A stretch of 64,000 nucleotides of DNA, taken from assembly GCF_000143415.4 (NCBI RefSeq), contig NW_003314412.1:216318-280317 (forward strand). The letters are read 5' to 3'. Under the pieces are notes generated by a model that was not told the DNA's origin, did not search any database, and saw only the letters and a program-made list of their open reading frames with translations. Below, piece after piece: positions 11,917 through 23,530 of this stretch (position 1 is its first letter; each line of letters begins with the position of its first letter). The stretch comes from Selaginella moellendorffii (Eukaryota; Plantae; Lycopodiophyta). The position numbers and the translations under genes are program-made.

Positions 11917-13188
11917 ATGGCTCGCTTGGTTGTGTTTGGATTGCTCGCGGCAACTTTGTTTCTGTGCTTTCTAGCAGAAGCTCAAGCCGACGGATACGAC
12001 TACAAGCCCGATGATAAGAAGGTTGCGTACAAGGAGGAGCCGAAGAAGGACGAGGAAGTGAAGAAGCCAGTGTACAAGCCAGAGGAGGAGAAGAAGTACA
12101 AGCCAGAGGAGGAGAAGCAGTACAAGCCAGTCTACAGGGCCGAGGATGAGAAGAAGTACAAGCCAGTCTACAAGGACGAGGATGGGAAGAAGTATGATGA
12201 AGACGACAACGATGACAAGGAGAACTACAAATACAAGCCACGCTACGAGGCCGATGACAACGACGACAACGAAGATGATGAGGACGAGGAGTACTACAAG
12301 TTCAAGGCACACTTCAAGGCCGGTTACGGGCACAAGAAGTACAAGCCATACAGGTACAAGGCTGACGATGACGATGATGAGGACGAGGACGAGAAGCCAC
12401 ACTACTACAAGGCTGATGACGACGATGAGGAGGAGAAGAAATACAAGCCGCGCTACTACAAGGCCAAGCCATACTACAAGGGCAAGCCATACTACAAGGC
12501 TGACGACGAGAAGAGGTACAGACCAGGCTACAAGGCTGAGGAGAAAAAGAAGTACAAGGCCGACGACGAGAAGAAATACAAGCCTGTTTACAAGCCGGTT
12601 TACAAGCCTGCAGAGAAGCCCGCTGAGAAGCCAGTTTACAAGCCAGCTGAGAAGCCGGTTTACAAGCCAGTGGAGAAGCCCGCGGAGAAGCCAGCTGAGA
12701 AGCCAGTTTACAAGCCAGTGGAGAAGCCCGCGGAGAAGCCAGTTTACAAGCCATCGCCAGCGTACCAAAAGGTTGCTATCGAAGGTTTTGTTTACTGCCA
12801 AGATGGTTACTCCAAGAAGCCACTCGAAGGTATGCGTTTTTATTTCTCTTCACATCCTTTTTCCTTTTTCCGGTTATAATGTTTGATTCCAGGGGCTGTT
12901 GTCGGTTTGACATGCACCAAGAGCAAAGCTTATAAGGAGCAAAAGACCAACGCGTATGGCTACTTTTACTTTCCTCTCAGCTATGGCGCTTACAAGGACA
13001 TTGACGTGACAACGCTCAAGGTGAGCTTGGTTTCGTCCCCGAGCAAGAGCTGCAGCGTCATCACCAATCTCAACAATGGCAAATCTGGGGCCGTGGTTGA
13101 CAAGAGCAAAAGCAAGACTGTTGGCGAAACTCTCATCTATGGTGTCGGGCCCTTCGCGTTTGCTCCTGTGGAGTACTACCATTATTAA
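11917..13188 (+). CDS. Secreted Lys/Glu/Asp/Tyr-rich repetitive protein with C-terminal Pollen Ole e I-like domain (copy A)
   Basis: Signal peptide ending AQA; [14 protein letters not shown] and KPVYKPAE repeats; [47 protein letters not shown]; intron ~12830-12892. Confidence 0.85.
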
Positions 13189-13371
13189 CTTCGATCGATT
13201 GTTAGAAATTTTTTTTCTCAAATTTCTTAATAAAAAAGTCTTTCGAGATTATTTAAAACTTTCTTCTTACGTGGCGAAATGTTTCGCCCAATTGCCAAAT
13301 TCAATGAATTATTTTTGGCATAAATTACATTCCATTTCAAAATAAATCCCAGGTTCCTGTCTTAAAAACGG

Positions 13372-13582
13372 AAATGAAAGCATATGCTAAAATATACTAG
13401 AATAATAAATAATGTCAGAACATTTGTTGTCCATGGCCAACTAAGAAGCAACTAAATTGAACAAACTCTTACTGTTGAAATTAGTGCTGAAATCTAAAAA
13501 ATTAAAATGAAAGCATATGCTAAAATATACTAGAATAATAAATAATGTCAGAAGAAGCAACTAAATTAAACCAACTCTTACT
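13372..13582. repeat. Intergenic direct duplication of ~130 bp (second copy has an internal deletion)
   Basis: aaatgaaagcatatgctaaaatatactagaataataaataatgtcagaa at ~13372 and ~13505, each followed by gaagcaactaaatt..aaactcttact. Confidence 0.85.
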
Positions 13583-13802
13583 ATAAACCAGGTCAGAAAT
13601 GTCATGCTTAGTGCTTACGTTCTCTCACGTTGTTCGTCATGTCATGTCCAAGCACAAAGATCAATCCAGGTTGTAACGTCGTCGAGGATAGATCGTATAA
13701 GAAGCCGCATTCTCGTTGCGAATTGCAAGCATCAATCAACTGTCTCCTCTAGACTAGAAATCATCATTCAGAGAAAAGTTTAGAATCATAGTAGTAGCTG
13801 CC

Positions 13803-15064
13803 ATGGCTCGCATCTTCCTTTGCGGCTTGCTAGCCGCAGCCATGCTCTTGTGCATGCTCGCAGGAGCCCAAGCCGATGGATCATACGACTACAAGAAGCC
13901 ATCCTACAAGGCCGATGAGGAGAAGTCCAAGCCAGCCTACAAGCCACAAGAGGAGAAGAAATACAAGCCCGAGGACAACTACAAGCCCAAGGAGTACAAA
14001 GCCGAGGAGGAGAAGAAGTACAAGCCCAAGGAGGACGAGAAGAAGAGCTACAAGCCGGAAGAGGAGAAGAAGTACAAGGCCGAGGAAGAAAAGAAGTACA
14101 AGGACGAAAAGAAGAGCTACAAGTCCGAAGAGGAGAAGAAGAGCTACAAGCCCGAGGAGGAGAAGAAATACAAGGACGAGAAGAAGAGCTACAAGCCCGA
14201 AGAAGAGAAGAAGTACGAGGAGAAGAAGAGCTACAAGCCGGAAGAGGAGAAGAAGTACAAGGACGAGAAGAAGAGTTACAAGTCCGAAGAGGAGAAGAAG
14301 AGTTACAAGCCCGAGGAGGAGAAGAAGTACAAGGACGAGAAAAAGAGCTACAAGCCCGAAGAGGAGAAGGAGAGCTACAAGCCCGAGGAGGAGAAGAAGT
14401 ACCAGGACGAGAAGAAGAGCTACAAGCCCGAAGAAGGGAAGTACAAGGAGGAGAAGAAGAGCTACAAGCCCGAAGAGGAGAAGAAGTACAAGGAGGAGAA
14501 GCCGGCTTACAAGCCCGTGGAGAAACCCTCATACAAGAAAGTTGACGACGATAAGAAGTACAAGAAGGTCGAGGAAGAGGAGAAGAAGCCATTCTACACT
14601 CCAAAACCAGCTTACAAGCGCGTCGCAATTGAAGGCTACGTCAATTGCCAAGATGGCTACTCCAAGAAGCCACTCGAAGGTATAATCTTTCACCTTAGAT
14701 CTCTAGATCTCTCGAAGTTTTCATCTTGTTTTGATCTCGGGAGTGTTTTCCAGGTGCTGTTGTGAGCCTGAGCTGTGCCAAGAGCGACGCCCCCCTGCAA
14801 GAGAAAACCAACGCGTATGGATACTTCTACTTCCCACTGGGCTATGGCGCGTACAAGGAAGTGGAAGTGGAAACCATCACAGTGAAATTGGCTTCCTCCT
14901 CGAGCAAGAACTGCTACATTGCCACCAATGTAAACAATGGCAAATCCGGCGCCAAGATCGACAAGAGCAAGAGCAAAATCATCGGTGAGACTCTCGTCTA
15001 TGAGGTCGGCCCCTTCGCTTTCGCTCCAGCGATACCAGCTTACAAATCGCCCTACCACGCTTGA
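13803..15064 (+). CDS. Secreted ([15 protein letters not shown])n repetitive protein with Ole e I-like domain (copy B)
   Basis: Signal peptide; tandem [15 protein letters not shown] units; [38 protein letters not shown]; intron in the same position as copy A. Confidence 0.85.
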
Positions 15065-15249
15065 CGCCCCAATTCTTTGGTCTTGCATAGAGGAATAAAA
15101 GCGGGAAAACATTTTTAAGCTTGGATCTCTGTTTTTAGGGTTCTTGATGGACAGAGAGTGCGCGGCGCTCGTGGGATAGTGCACGAATCTCGCGCAGGCC
15201 CGCGACGCGCACTCGCGCATCGCTCAGCGGCTGGGAATCCCCAACGACC

Positions 15250-16995
15250 CATTCGTGTCGAATCTCCTCGTCCGGATGTACGCGATGCGGCAGCTCCGTC
15301 TTTCAATTCGATCGAGCCCAAGCACGTCTTCTCGTGGAATCTTGCTGGGCGCTTTCGCCAGCAAATTGATCTCTTCCAGATCTCTTCGATTCTATGCCCC
15401 AGAAGGATCTCGTCTCGTGAAATTCCATGATCACCGCATTCTCGCGCGCTCGCTTCTTAGACGAAGTCTCTGTTTCCTCGCATAGGGACCTCGAATATAC
15501 TAAGAATCTCTTGCCGATGCTGGTGGCATATTCCCGCCCGGGGCTGAACGGCTGACTTGCTGACGTGGGTTCGCCCAGACATGGCATCTGGAAGATGCTG
15601 AAGTTTCACCAGCATATTCCCAAAAAGGGCATCTTTTGGAGTTTGACGAAAGCATCTTGGACAAGGATCTTGTGACGTATGCTGTCTGCTTATAACTTTA
15701 ATGGAAATTTAGAAGAAGCTAAGTTAATGCCACAGAAGAACCTGGTGACCTGGAATGCCATGCTGGCTGCATATACCTTGACCGGGCATCTGGCCCAAGC
15801 GTCACCTATTTTTGAGAATATGCCAGCTAGGAACGTAGTCTCTTGGATCAGCATTATTGCCGCGTACGGTGAATGTGGAAATATTCTTCAAGCTTGATTC
15901 CATGCCCCAAAAGGATCTAATTGTATGGAATGCAATGCTTGCGGAATGGGTATCTGGAAGAATGCCTCATGCAGATCTAGTTTCGTACACAACAATACTA
16001 GAGAGTTTGGTGGTGTTTTCAGTGCAATAGAAATATACAGTGGACGTCACATGTTGGACGTCGCTACTAATGGCATATTCCCAGAACGGAGATGCTAAGG
16101 TGTTATTTTGACTGGCGAAACCCCATGCTAGCGGCATATACCCAAAGAGGCATTTGGACGAGGCTAAAATACTTTGACAAAATGGAGCGGTGGGATATCT
16201 ACAATGCTGACTGGATATTCCCAGAATGGCTATCTGGAACACGCAAGGTATCGATACTTTGGAGGCCATGCCATATTACAATGCGGTGACTTGGACCACC
16301 CTTCTTGTGGCATATGCCCAAAGAGGGATCTGGAAGAAATTACAACATTCTCTTTGACAAGATGGAGGAAAAGAGCCTCCTGTCATGCAATGCGATGCTC
16401 TCGATATATTCCCAAGTTGGACATCTTACAGAGAGGCGGAGTGGGTTTATAAATCAATCCAAGAGAAGAACTTTGTCTCATGGAATGCGATGCTTTCGGC
16501 TTACTCTCAGAGAGGGAATCTTTCCAAGGCTATACTCCTCTTTGACAGGATGCCGGAACGAGGCCCAGTTTCATGGACAGCTCTCTTGCAATGTATTCTC
16601 CCAACGGAAAACATTCTAAGAACCTAGACTTATTCAAATCCATGCAAGTTGACGGTGTTAAGAGTGTTCTAGCGGGATCGAGCCATGTTAGTGATGTTCC
16701 TGTCAGATGCTCGACTTTTCAATCGCTCTGTCTGGATTTCGAGATGATCCCGAGCAAGCAGAAGTATGGATGCATGGCAGGATTGTTCTGCCGAGCTGGG
16801 AGAATCAGGGATGCTCGAGATCTCGTCTCGAGTGCTCCATTTGTTCCAGACGAAGTAGACTGGATAAGCTTGCTCGGGAATCAGAAGAGTTTGCGAGAAA
16901 AAATTGGTGTTCAAGCGGTGGAGCAAGCTCTGGCATTGGATTCAGACTTAACAGCGCCATTTGTCTTGCTGTCACCACCTTTTAAAGCACTTTGA
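15250..16995 (+). pseudogene. PLS/E-class pentatricopeptide repeat pseudogene
   Basis: PPR motifs scattered over frames (KNLVTWNAMLAAY, RNVVSWISIIAAY, KNFVSWNAMLSAYSQRG..FDRMPER, YGCMAGLFCRAG..PFVPDEVDWISLLG) with many frameshifts and stops. Confidence 0.85.
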
Positions 16996-17321
16996 TGGTA
17001 TTTAGACTTTCTCAGGTAGGATCTATTTTGTAAGAAAACAGTAATTGCGGTTTGGAAAGAAAATTCTCTTGGGAGCTTTCGTATATAATTAGAGAAATTG
17101 TCTACCATCTCTGGAGCGTTTCTCAAAACCTGAGGACAACACTCAAAACTTGGCAGTATTTGTACCAGATAGAGATTGACAGGGTCACGGGACACAATCC
17201 AGGACGTGTTTGTTCAAACCGAAATTCATATATAAAAGTCAGCCGAAGAACACATTGCCCAAAACAAGCAAAGAGTCATAGCTTTTCAAGCTATTCCTTC
17301 TATAGAGCTACTTAAAAAACC

Positions 17322-18468
17322 ATGGCTTCCATGCTTTCGAGCGATCGAATCTTGATGCTTTGCATGGTTTTGCCTTCATTCAGCTTCAAGGGAGCTTTGT
17401 CACACTCGATTGGATTTGGACACAGCTACGCACAAACTTGTCCCGATGCTGAGCGGATCATCCGCGACACGATCTGCGATTACGCCAATCGCGATCCAAC
17501 AGTCCCGGCGGGACTGATACGCTTGCACTTTCACGACTGCTTCGTTAACGTACACTCCGGTATAGATAAGTTATACAATGTTCTTGGATTTGTGCGACGC
17601 CTCTATCCTTCTCGACTCAACTCCAACAGATATCCTCCAAACAACAATTCAGCGCAGGGATTCGAAGTTATTGACGATGCAAAGAGAAGATTGGAGAAAG
17701 CCTGTCCTGGAGTGGTGTCGTGTGCAATTGCCATCGCCGCCAGGGATTCGACAGTCAAGCTTTGATCGTTTTTGTGTCAAGTGATTGAAAGCACTGAATT
17801 TTTCCTCTCGAATGATCATATGATATTTTAGATGGAAGGCCGGCACTATGAAGTAGTCACTGGGCGCTACGATGGAAGAGTGTCAAGCTTCGATCTGGCA
17901 AGCACAACACTGCCAGGTCCCTCGTTCGATGCTGCAGCTCTCATTGAAAACTTCAATAATTGAAAGCTTGTCCATTCAAGATCTCGTTGTTCTATCAGGT
18001 TGGATAAATTAAACTATCTTAACAAATTCTTACACAAATTCTTGGCAGGAGCTCACACAGTTGGGGCCTCCAAGTGTTTTACTTTCGCCAACGGCCGATT
18101 TGATCGCATATACAGCTTCAAAAACACCAGCATGCAAGATGAAACTGTGAATCCCGAGTATTTGGCATATCTCCGGAGATTTCACCGCGAACACAGTCGA
18201 GTTTGACAGGGGCTCCCAGTTTAATTTCGACAACTGGTACTTCAAGAACTTGGAGAAGAGGAATGATCTTCTCACCTCTGACCAGGACCTCTTTGAGAGT
18301 CAATTCACGAGTGGACTGGTGAAGTTTTACGGGAACAATCCCGATAAGTTTGCCCGGGACTTCGGGCAGTCCATGATCAAGATAAGAAACATTGGGTGGA
18401 AGACGAGAGAAAATGGAGAGATCAAGAGGGTGTGTAATGTAGTAAACAGCGACTCGTATTCACAGTAA
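17322..18468 (+). pseudogene. Class III secretory peroxidase, frameshifted
   Basis: LIRLHFHDCFV, CDASILLDS (shifted frame), ACPGVVSC, GRYDGRVS, GAHTVG, FDNWYFKNL, LTSDQDL; frame changes near 17590-17630, 17960 and 18180. Confidence 0.85.
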
Positions 18469-18516
18469 GTTTGATCAGTTGAAAATCAGTTGTTGTATGT
18501 CATTTTAAATTGATAT

Positions 18517-18597
18517 AGAATCTTCTGGAATATCACTTTTCTAGAATATTCTAGGATGAAATGGAACACTCTAGAGTTGTCCATAGCTCTGTATAAA
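18517..18597 (+). promoter_or_regulatory. Heat-shock elements and TATA box of the sHSP gene
   Basis: aGAAtcTTCtgGAAt 18517-18531; TTCtaGAAtaTTCta 18539-18553; TATAAA 18592-18597. Confidence 0.85.
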
Positions 18598-18666
18598 CGT
18601 GGAGCAGTCTCTTGGCCTGAGCATCGAAAAGTTACAAATTTCTTCTTCGTCTTCTAAGTTCCAGAC

Positions 18667-19113
18667 ATGGCTTTGCATTTCTATGGTGGCAATGGCAGCA
18701 GCATCTTCGATCCCTTCGAGGAGCTCTCGTCGATCTTGGCTGGTGGCCACGAGCCCTCGAAGCAGATGGCCAGGGATGCGAGCGCCGTCGCCAACACTCG
18801 CGTGGATTGGCTCGAGACGCCCGAAGCGCACGTCTTCAAGGCCGATCTCCCGGGGCTGACCAAGGAGGAGGTAAAGATCAGCGTGGAGGATGGCCGCACT
18901 CTCCAGATCAGTGGCGAGAGGAAGAAGCACGAGGCACAGAAGAGCGATAAGTGGCACCGCGTGGAGCGCAGCTATGGGAGCTTCCTGAGGAAATTCCGGC
19001 TGCCCGAGAGCGCCAATGTGAATGCGATCAAAGCCCAAGTGGAGAACGGCGTCCTCACGGTCACAGTTCCAAAGATCCCCAAGCCACAGCCAAGAACTAT
19101 CCAAGTAGAGTAG
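18667..19113 (+). CDS. Cytosolic class I small heat-shock protein (HSP17/18)
   Basis: [66 protein letters not shown]; intronless. Confidence 0.95.
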   Translation: MALHFYGGNGSSIFDPFEELSSILAGGHEPSKQMARDASAVANTRVDWLETPEAHVFKADLPGLTKEEVKISVEDGRTLQISGERKKHEAQKSDKWHRVERSYGSFLRKFRLPESANVNAIKAQVENGVLTVTVPKIPKPQPRTIQVE

Positions 19114-19402
19114 AAGTGTGATCTTGTAAATTTGAGAAAGAGAATGGGAAAAGTCAAATAAAGAGCCCCCTTTTCTTACACTCGATGACGTCCCTGTTGA
19201 TGGTCTTTCCGTTTGTTAGAAAACAGCTATCTTGAGTGGTCTAAGGGGGGATACCTGCATTCCAATTCGAACCCAACTTAACTTTCCCATTTATTTATAA
19301 CTGAACGTGTAGATCATGGGGACGTTCATTGTCTTTGTAAGATCGTGACCATGTCCTTCAAGACCTTTAAAAGCGTCATGTATGAGAACCACATTTTAAG
19401 CC

Positions 19403-19961
19403 ATGGAGAGATCAAATGCAACACCACTTTTCTTGCTGGTGCTAGTAGCTTTGTCCTCTTTGGCACAAGCAGAGTACAAGCTTGGAATTCCTCTCCAAAA
19501 GTATAGCCACAGTTCTTCTCAATATGAGAAGCCCGCAGCATACAAACAGGTAGCAATAGAAGGCTTCGTCTACTGCCATGGGAGCCAGAGAAAACCTCTA
19601 GAAGGTTTGTTTAAAGTTTGTTGTCATGATAGACTTCGATCTTCCTCTTCCAGGGGCTGCCGTGGGAGCCGTGTCATCGGAGAGCAATCGCTACGTCGGA
19701 GCCAAGACAAATTCTTATGGCTACTTCTACATTCCTCTCAACTATGACAGGCCCAAGAAGCCCGTGAATCCAAAATCCTGGAGAGTTTTCCTTGTCTCCT
19801 CCCCGGATCAAACTTGCAGTGTCAAAACCAACACTGGAAATGGCAAAACGGGAGCTTTTCTAGCTCGCAGCAAGTCATTTTCAGATCGCATCCTTTACAC
19901 CGTTGGCCCATTCGAGTTTATGCCATTGCCTCCAGGGTACACACAATCCCCCAACTATTGA
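19403..19961 (+). CDS. Short secreted Ole e I-like protein (copy C, lacks the long repeat tract)
   Basis: Signal peptide ending AQA; [50 protein letters not shown]; same intron position as copies A and B. Confidence 0.82.
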
Positions 19962-20191
19962 CGTGTTGTGTAGAATCGTTGATACTCAAGCAAGTGAATG
20001 AACGCTTGTCATTTTATTAATAACATTGTATGACTTTTATTTTGTTTTTACGAATTTATTTCTTAGAGCGTCAATTTCTTTTTTGGATATTAGATGGATA
20101 TTCGATTCTTAAATGATTGTTTTGATTTCTAAATTGTTTATGTACTATCTGTTCCATATAAACTGCTGAAAGAATTAGAGAAAGCCTAGAC

Positions 20192-21076
20192 ATGCAGACA
20201 AAAGTATTTATCTTCGCATTCCTATTTATAAATTTGTGCTTTAGCATTAGAAGGCGTTACCAATATCCAAATGCAATTAGTTTGGTTTTGAGGCAAACTG
20301 TTATAATGGAAGAAGTTTTTAAACTTCTTAGGGACGTTAGCCAGGTAGAATTTGATTATTATGGAGGATTTTCATATGGCACTCTATTAAAACTTGAAGA
20401 TGGAAGGATCATGAGTGTAGATATTGGATGGTTAAATTCTCAAAGAAAATGGTATTCTTTTGATATGTGTAATATCTTTCCAAATTGGGGGTTTACTACT
20501 ACTGGTGCAGCACTAGCATCTGAAATGATGACAATAGTGAAGAAATATGTAGTAACTGATCAAGTAACTTATGGTTCTGCTAAATATACAGCGGGGAGAT
20601 ACATGATTTCATATGTTATTGATGATCCAAGTCATGAAAATATTAAAAGCTTATCAAATTTCTCTAGTCAAACTAAAATAGTTGAGGTTGTGGAACATGA
20701 TTGTGACTTGTATAAAACATGTATTCAAAGCGGTCCAATATATACAAGTTTTTCTAAGCTTACTGCTGGGAATTATCTCCAATCCTTAAATACATTTTAC
20801 ACTGTGCACATGCAACATGACTGCAGATTAGTCATTTACCATGGTCCAGAAGAATTATGGGGCACGAAAACTCAAAACAAAGGTAATGGTTGCTATCTTC
20901 AGATGCAAAAAGATTGCAACTTAGTGATATATGATGAACATGGAAATGTTGTGTGGACATATAATATTTATTGGACAAATAAGTGGCTTCCTTGTGCATT
21001 TTGTATAGAGGATGATGGATTTGTTGCAGTTTATAACACTCAAGAGCAAATTAATATATGGAGATCAGATAATTAA
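20192..21076 (+). CDS. Secreted protein: unrecognised ~150-aa N-terminal domain + C-terminal bulb-type (GNA) mannose-binding lectin domain
   Basis: Uninterrupted 294-aa ORF in AT-rich DNA; hydrophobic N-terminus; MQHDCRLVIY, LQMQKDCNLVIYD (QxDxNxVxY), IEDDGFVAVY..IW; TATA-like at ~20157. Confidence 0.8.
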   Translation: MQTKVFIFAFLFINLCFSIRRRYQYPNAISLVLRQTVIMEEVFKLLRDVSQVEFDYYGGFSYGTLLKLEDGRIMSVDIGWLNSQRKWYSFDMCNIFPNWGFTTTGAALASEMMTIVKKYVVTDQVTYGSAKYTAGRYMISYVIDDPSHENIKSLSNFSSQTKIVEVVEHDCDLYKTCIQSGPIYTSFSKLTAGNYLQSLNTFYTVHMQHDCRLVIYHGPEELWGTKTQNKGNGCYLQMQKDCNLVIYDEHGNVVWTYNIYWTNKWLPCAFCIEDDGFVAVYNTQEQINIWRSDN

Positions 21077-21242
21077 TCTTAATAGTTTATATGCTTATTT
21101 TTCTTAATTATATTTATAATAAAAAATTCCTCTAGAAATCTTACTATAAAGCTTAGGAATAGTGTTACTAGACAAAAAAATGCTAGAGGTGTTCTTTTCT
21201 TGAACAATTAAAATCCATGGTTGGAAATCTATGGTGGCAAGC

Positions 21243-21962
21243 TGTAGCGCATGTGATCATGGGATGAGATTTGGATATACTGTCATTGTGGATCCTTGGA
21301 ACCTTGGGAGATAAATGGCTTTTCTCCATTTTGGTTAGTTGGCTTAAGGGGAGAGAGATAAGGTGCGCTACAGTTGGTATCGGAGCAAATGGCACGGGTT
21401 CGATTCCCATTGATTAGTGTTAGTCAATAGTCAATGAGGACATTGACATCTCTGAAGGGGGGGTGAGTGCATCCACCGTGGGACTGCGGTACGGGTCGAT
21501 GACTAGTTGCCTCACATGGAATAGCTGGTCTACACAATGGAAGGATTGGAAGGATTGGTAGATTGAGTGCGGAAATGGAGGTGTTGATTCCCCTTGGCTC
21601 AGTAGGGGTTGTTAGTCAATAGTCAATGAGGACATTGACATCTCTGAAGGGGGGGTGAGTGTAGCGCATGTGTCTCTAAAGGGGGGGTGAGTGTAGCGCA
21701 TGTGATCATGGGATGAGATTTGAATATACTGTCACTGTGGAACCTTGGGAGATAAAATAGCCACTAAGGGCTCTCTCATCAAACAATTACCCCTTTTCCA
21801 GTTGGCTTAAGAGGTGAGTGTAGCGCATGTGATCATGGGATGAGATTTGAATATACTGTCACCGTGGAACCTTGGGAGATAAAATAGCCACTAAGGGCTC
21901 TCTCATCAAGCAATTGCCCCTTTTCCAGTTGGCTTAAGGGGAGAGAGATAAGGTGCGTTACA
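21243..21962 (+). mobile_element. Non-autonomous LTR element (TRIM) with tandem LTRs
   Basis: LTR1 21243-21371 bounded by inverted termini TGTAGCGCA..TGCGCTACA; PBS TGGTATCGGAGC at 21374; PPT AAGGGGGGGTGAG; further LTR copies at ~21692 and 21819-21962; 5-bp TSD CAAGC on both sides; no coding capacity. Confidence 0.92.
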
Positions 21963-22715
21963 CAAGCTCCATATGGAGCAGATGAGACTATAACATAGAA
22001 GTTTGGATGGATATAATCCAAAGAATAGTTTCATCTCTTTTAGCTAGATAGTGAATCTAGTGGAAAATACAAATTCTCAAGGTCTAGCAAGATAGAATGG
22101 ATCTTGCTATGAAATTTACTCTTCATCAACACTAATTTTGTCAATAGAAGCAGCGCTCAAAGATTGCCAAGATTTTTAATGAGTTATATAACTTATATAG
22201 AGTATAGGCTACTATTCTTCACATGGGGTGATTCCAATGTGTGTGTGTGGGTTCCAACCCTATAGCCATCAAATTAAATAATATCATCTTTGTTTGTCAC
22301 TTCTAAATTTCTACATTTTGAACTGATAAAACTAAGGAAAGACAACCATGTAGATCATTTTAAGTTGTGACTTTGTGCCACAACATACAAACAAAGAGAT
22401 TGCCATAGACACAAAGAGAAGTTAAATTTTGTAAATTCTCTTCCCAAGAGGGTGCTGTGGCAGCTATGTCCCTCAAGAGCAATGACTCTATTACAAATAT
22501 CCGTGCATTCTTCCCAACTATACAAACCTATGAATTCAACATCCTAGAGAGTTTTTCTTGTGTCCTTAGATTAAGTTTGCAATGTCAATACCAACAGTAG
22601 ACAGGATTGCAACAAGTCATGTCCTGAATGCATCCTCTTAGACTGCTATATAAAATCTGCATAATAATAAATTCTATTCAGCTTATAACATCCTTAATAA
22701 TTTTTATTTATTCCA

Positions 22716-23530
22716 TTATAACTTTTTGCCTTCAGTATAGTATGCTTGGAAAAACTTGAATATTTTGGACCTCCTTGAATACTTATACAACAGCCTCAAC
22801 TGTTTTAATTTGACTAGAGAATTTGGGGAAATTATAATAGTTTCAGGAGGATCAACATTAATATATGAAATCATATACCTCCCGACTAGCAAAACCAAAA
22901 TTCATGTCATTGTGAAATACATATTTCTTCATTACTTCCATATTGCTACACCACAATTAGTGATACCCCAATTTGGAAAGTTCACACACACATATGATAG
23001 AGTATTTTGAGAATTTATTGTTCAATTGAAGATGGAAGGACAATGAGTGTAGATACTTATACCATACATGACTCCAAAATACAAACAATCTTCCAACTAT
23101 TGATGTTGTGTGCAAAGCTTTTGATTAATATTTTGTATAGTTTTTTATTTTGATTTCTAATGAGATTTAATATAAAATTTAACTCCTATATTTTAAATTG
23201 CATAGATAAAACTTTCTCTTTTTATGGTGTAGTATTATGTATGCTACCAATATCCAAATGAGAATTATCTCCAATCTTTAAATAGGTTTTATACTGTATA
23301 CATGGTCATTTCCCATGGTCGCACAGAATTATGGGGCACCAAAACTGAAAACAAAGGTGATGGTTTCTATCTTCAAATGCAGAAAGATTGTAACCTAGTG
23401 ATATATGATGAAAATGGAAACACATATAAATAATTATTAGACAAATAAGTGGCTTCCTTGTGCTTTTTGTATCGATGATGATGGATTTGCTGCAGTTTAT
23501 AACACTCAAGAGCAAGCTCGTATATGAAAA
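22716..23530. pseudogene. Scrambled relic of the lectin-fusion gene
   Basis: Minus strand 22760-23000 matches the N-domain (FPNWG.., GRYMISY); plus strand 23026-23058 and 23260-23530 match EDGR.MSVD and the lectin half (LQMQKDCNLVIYDE, NKWLPCAFCIDDDGF). Confidence 0.8.

Noticed and set aside
13900-14520. Regularly spaced repeats superficially resembling a CRISPR array
   Set aside because: Coding, in-frame peptide repeats with no unique spacers; eukaryotic context and no cas genes
11971-14685. Long alternative-frame and antisense ORFs (Val/Leu-rich, Arg/Thr/Ser-rich) over the repeat genes
   Set aside because: Expected by-products of low-complexity AAG/GAG/TAC codon repeats that lack stops; no independent coding signal
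21385-21412. tRNA gene call at GGTTCGATTCCC
   Set aside because: No D-arm, anticodon arm or cloverleaf; lies inside the TRIM
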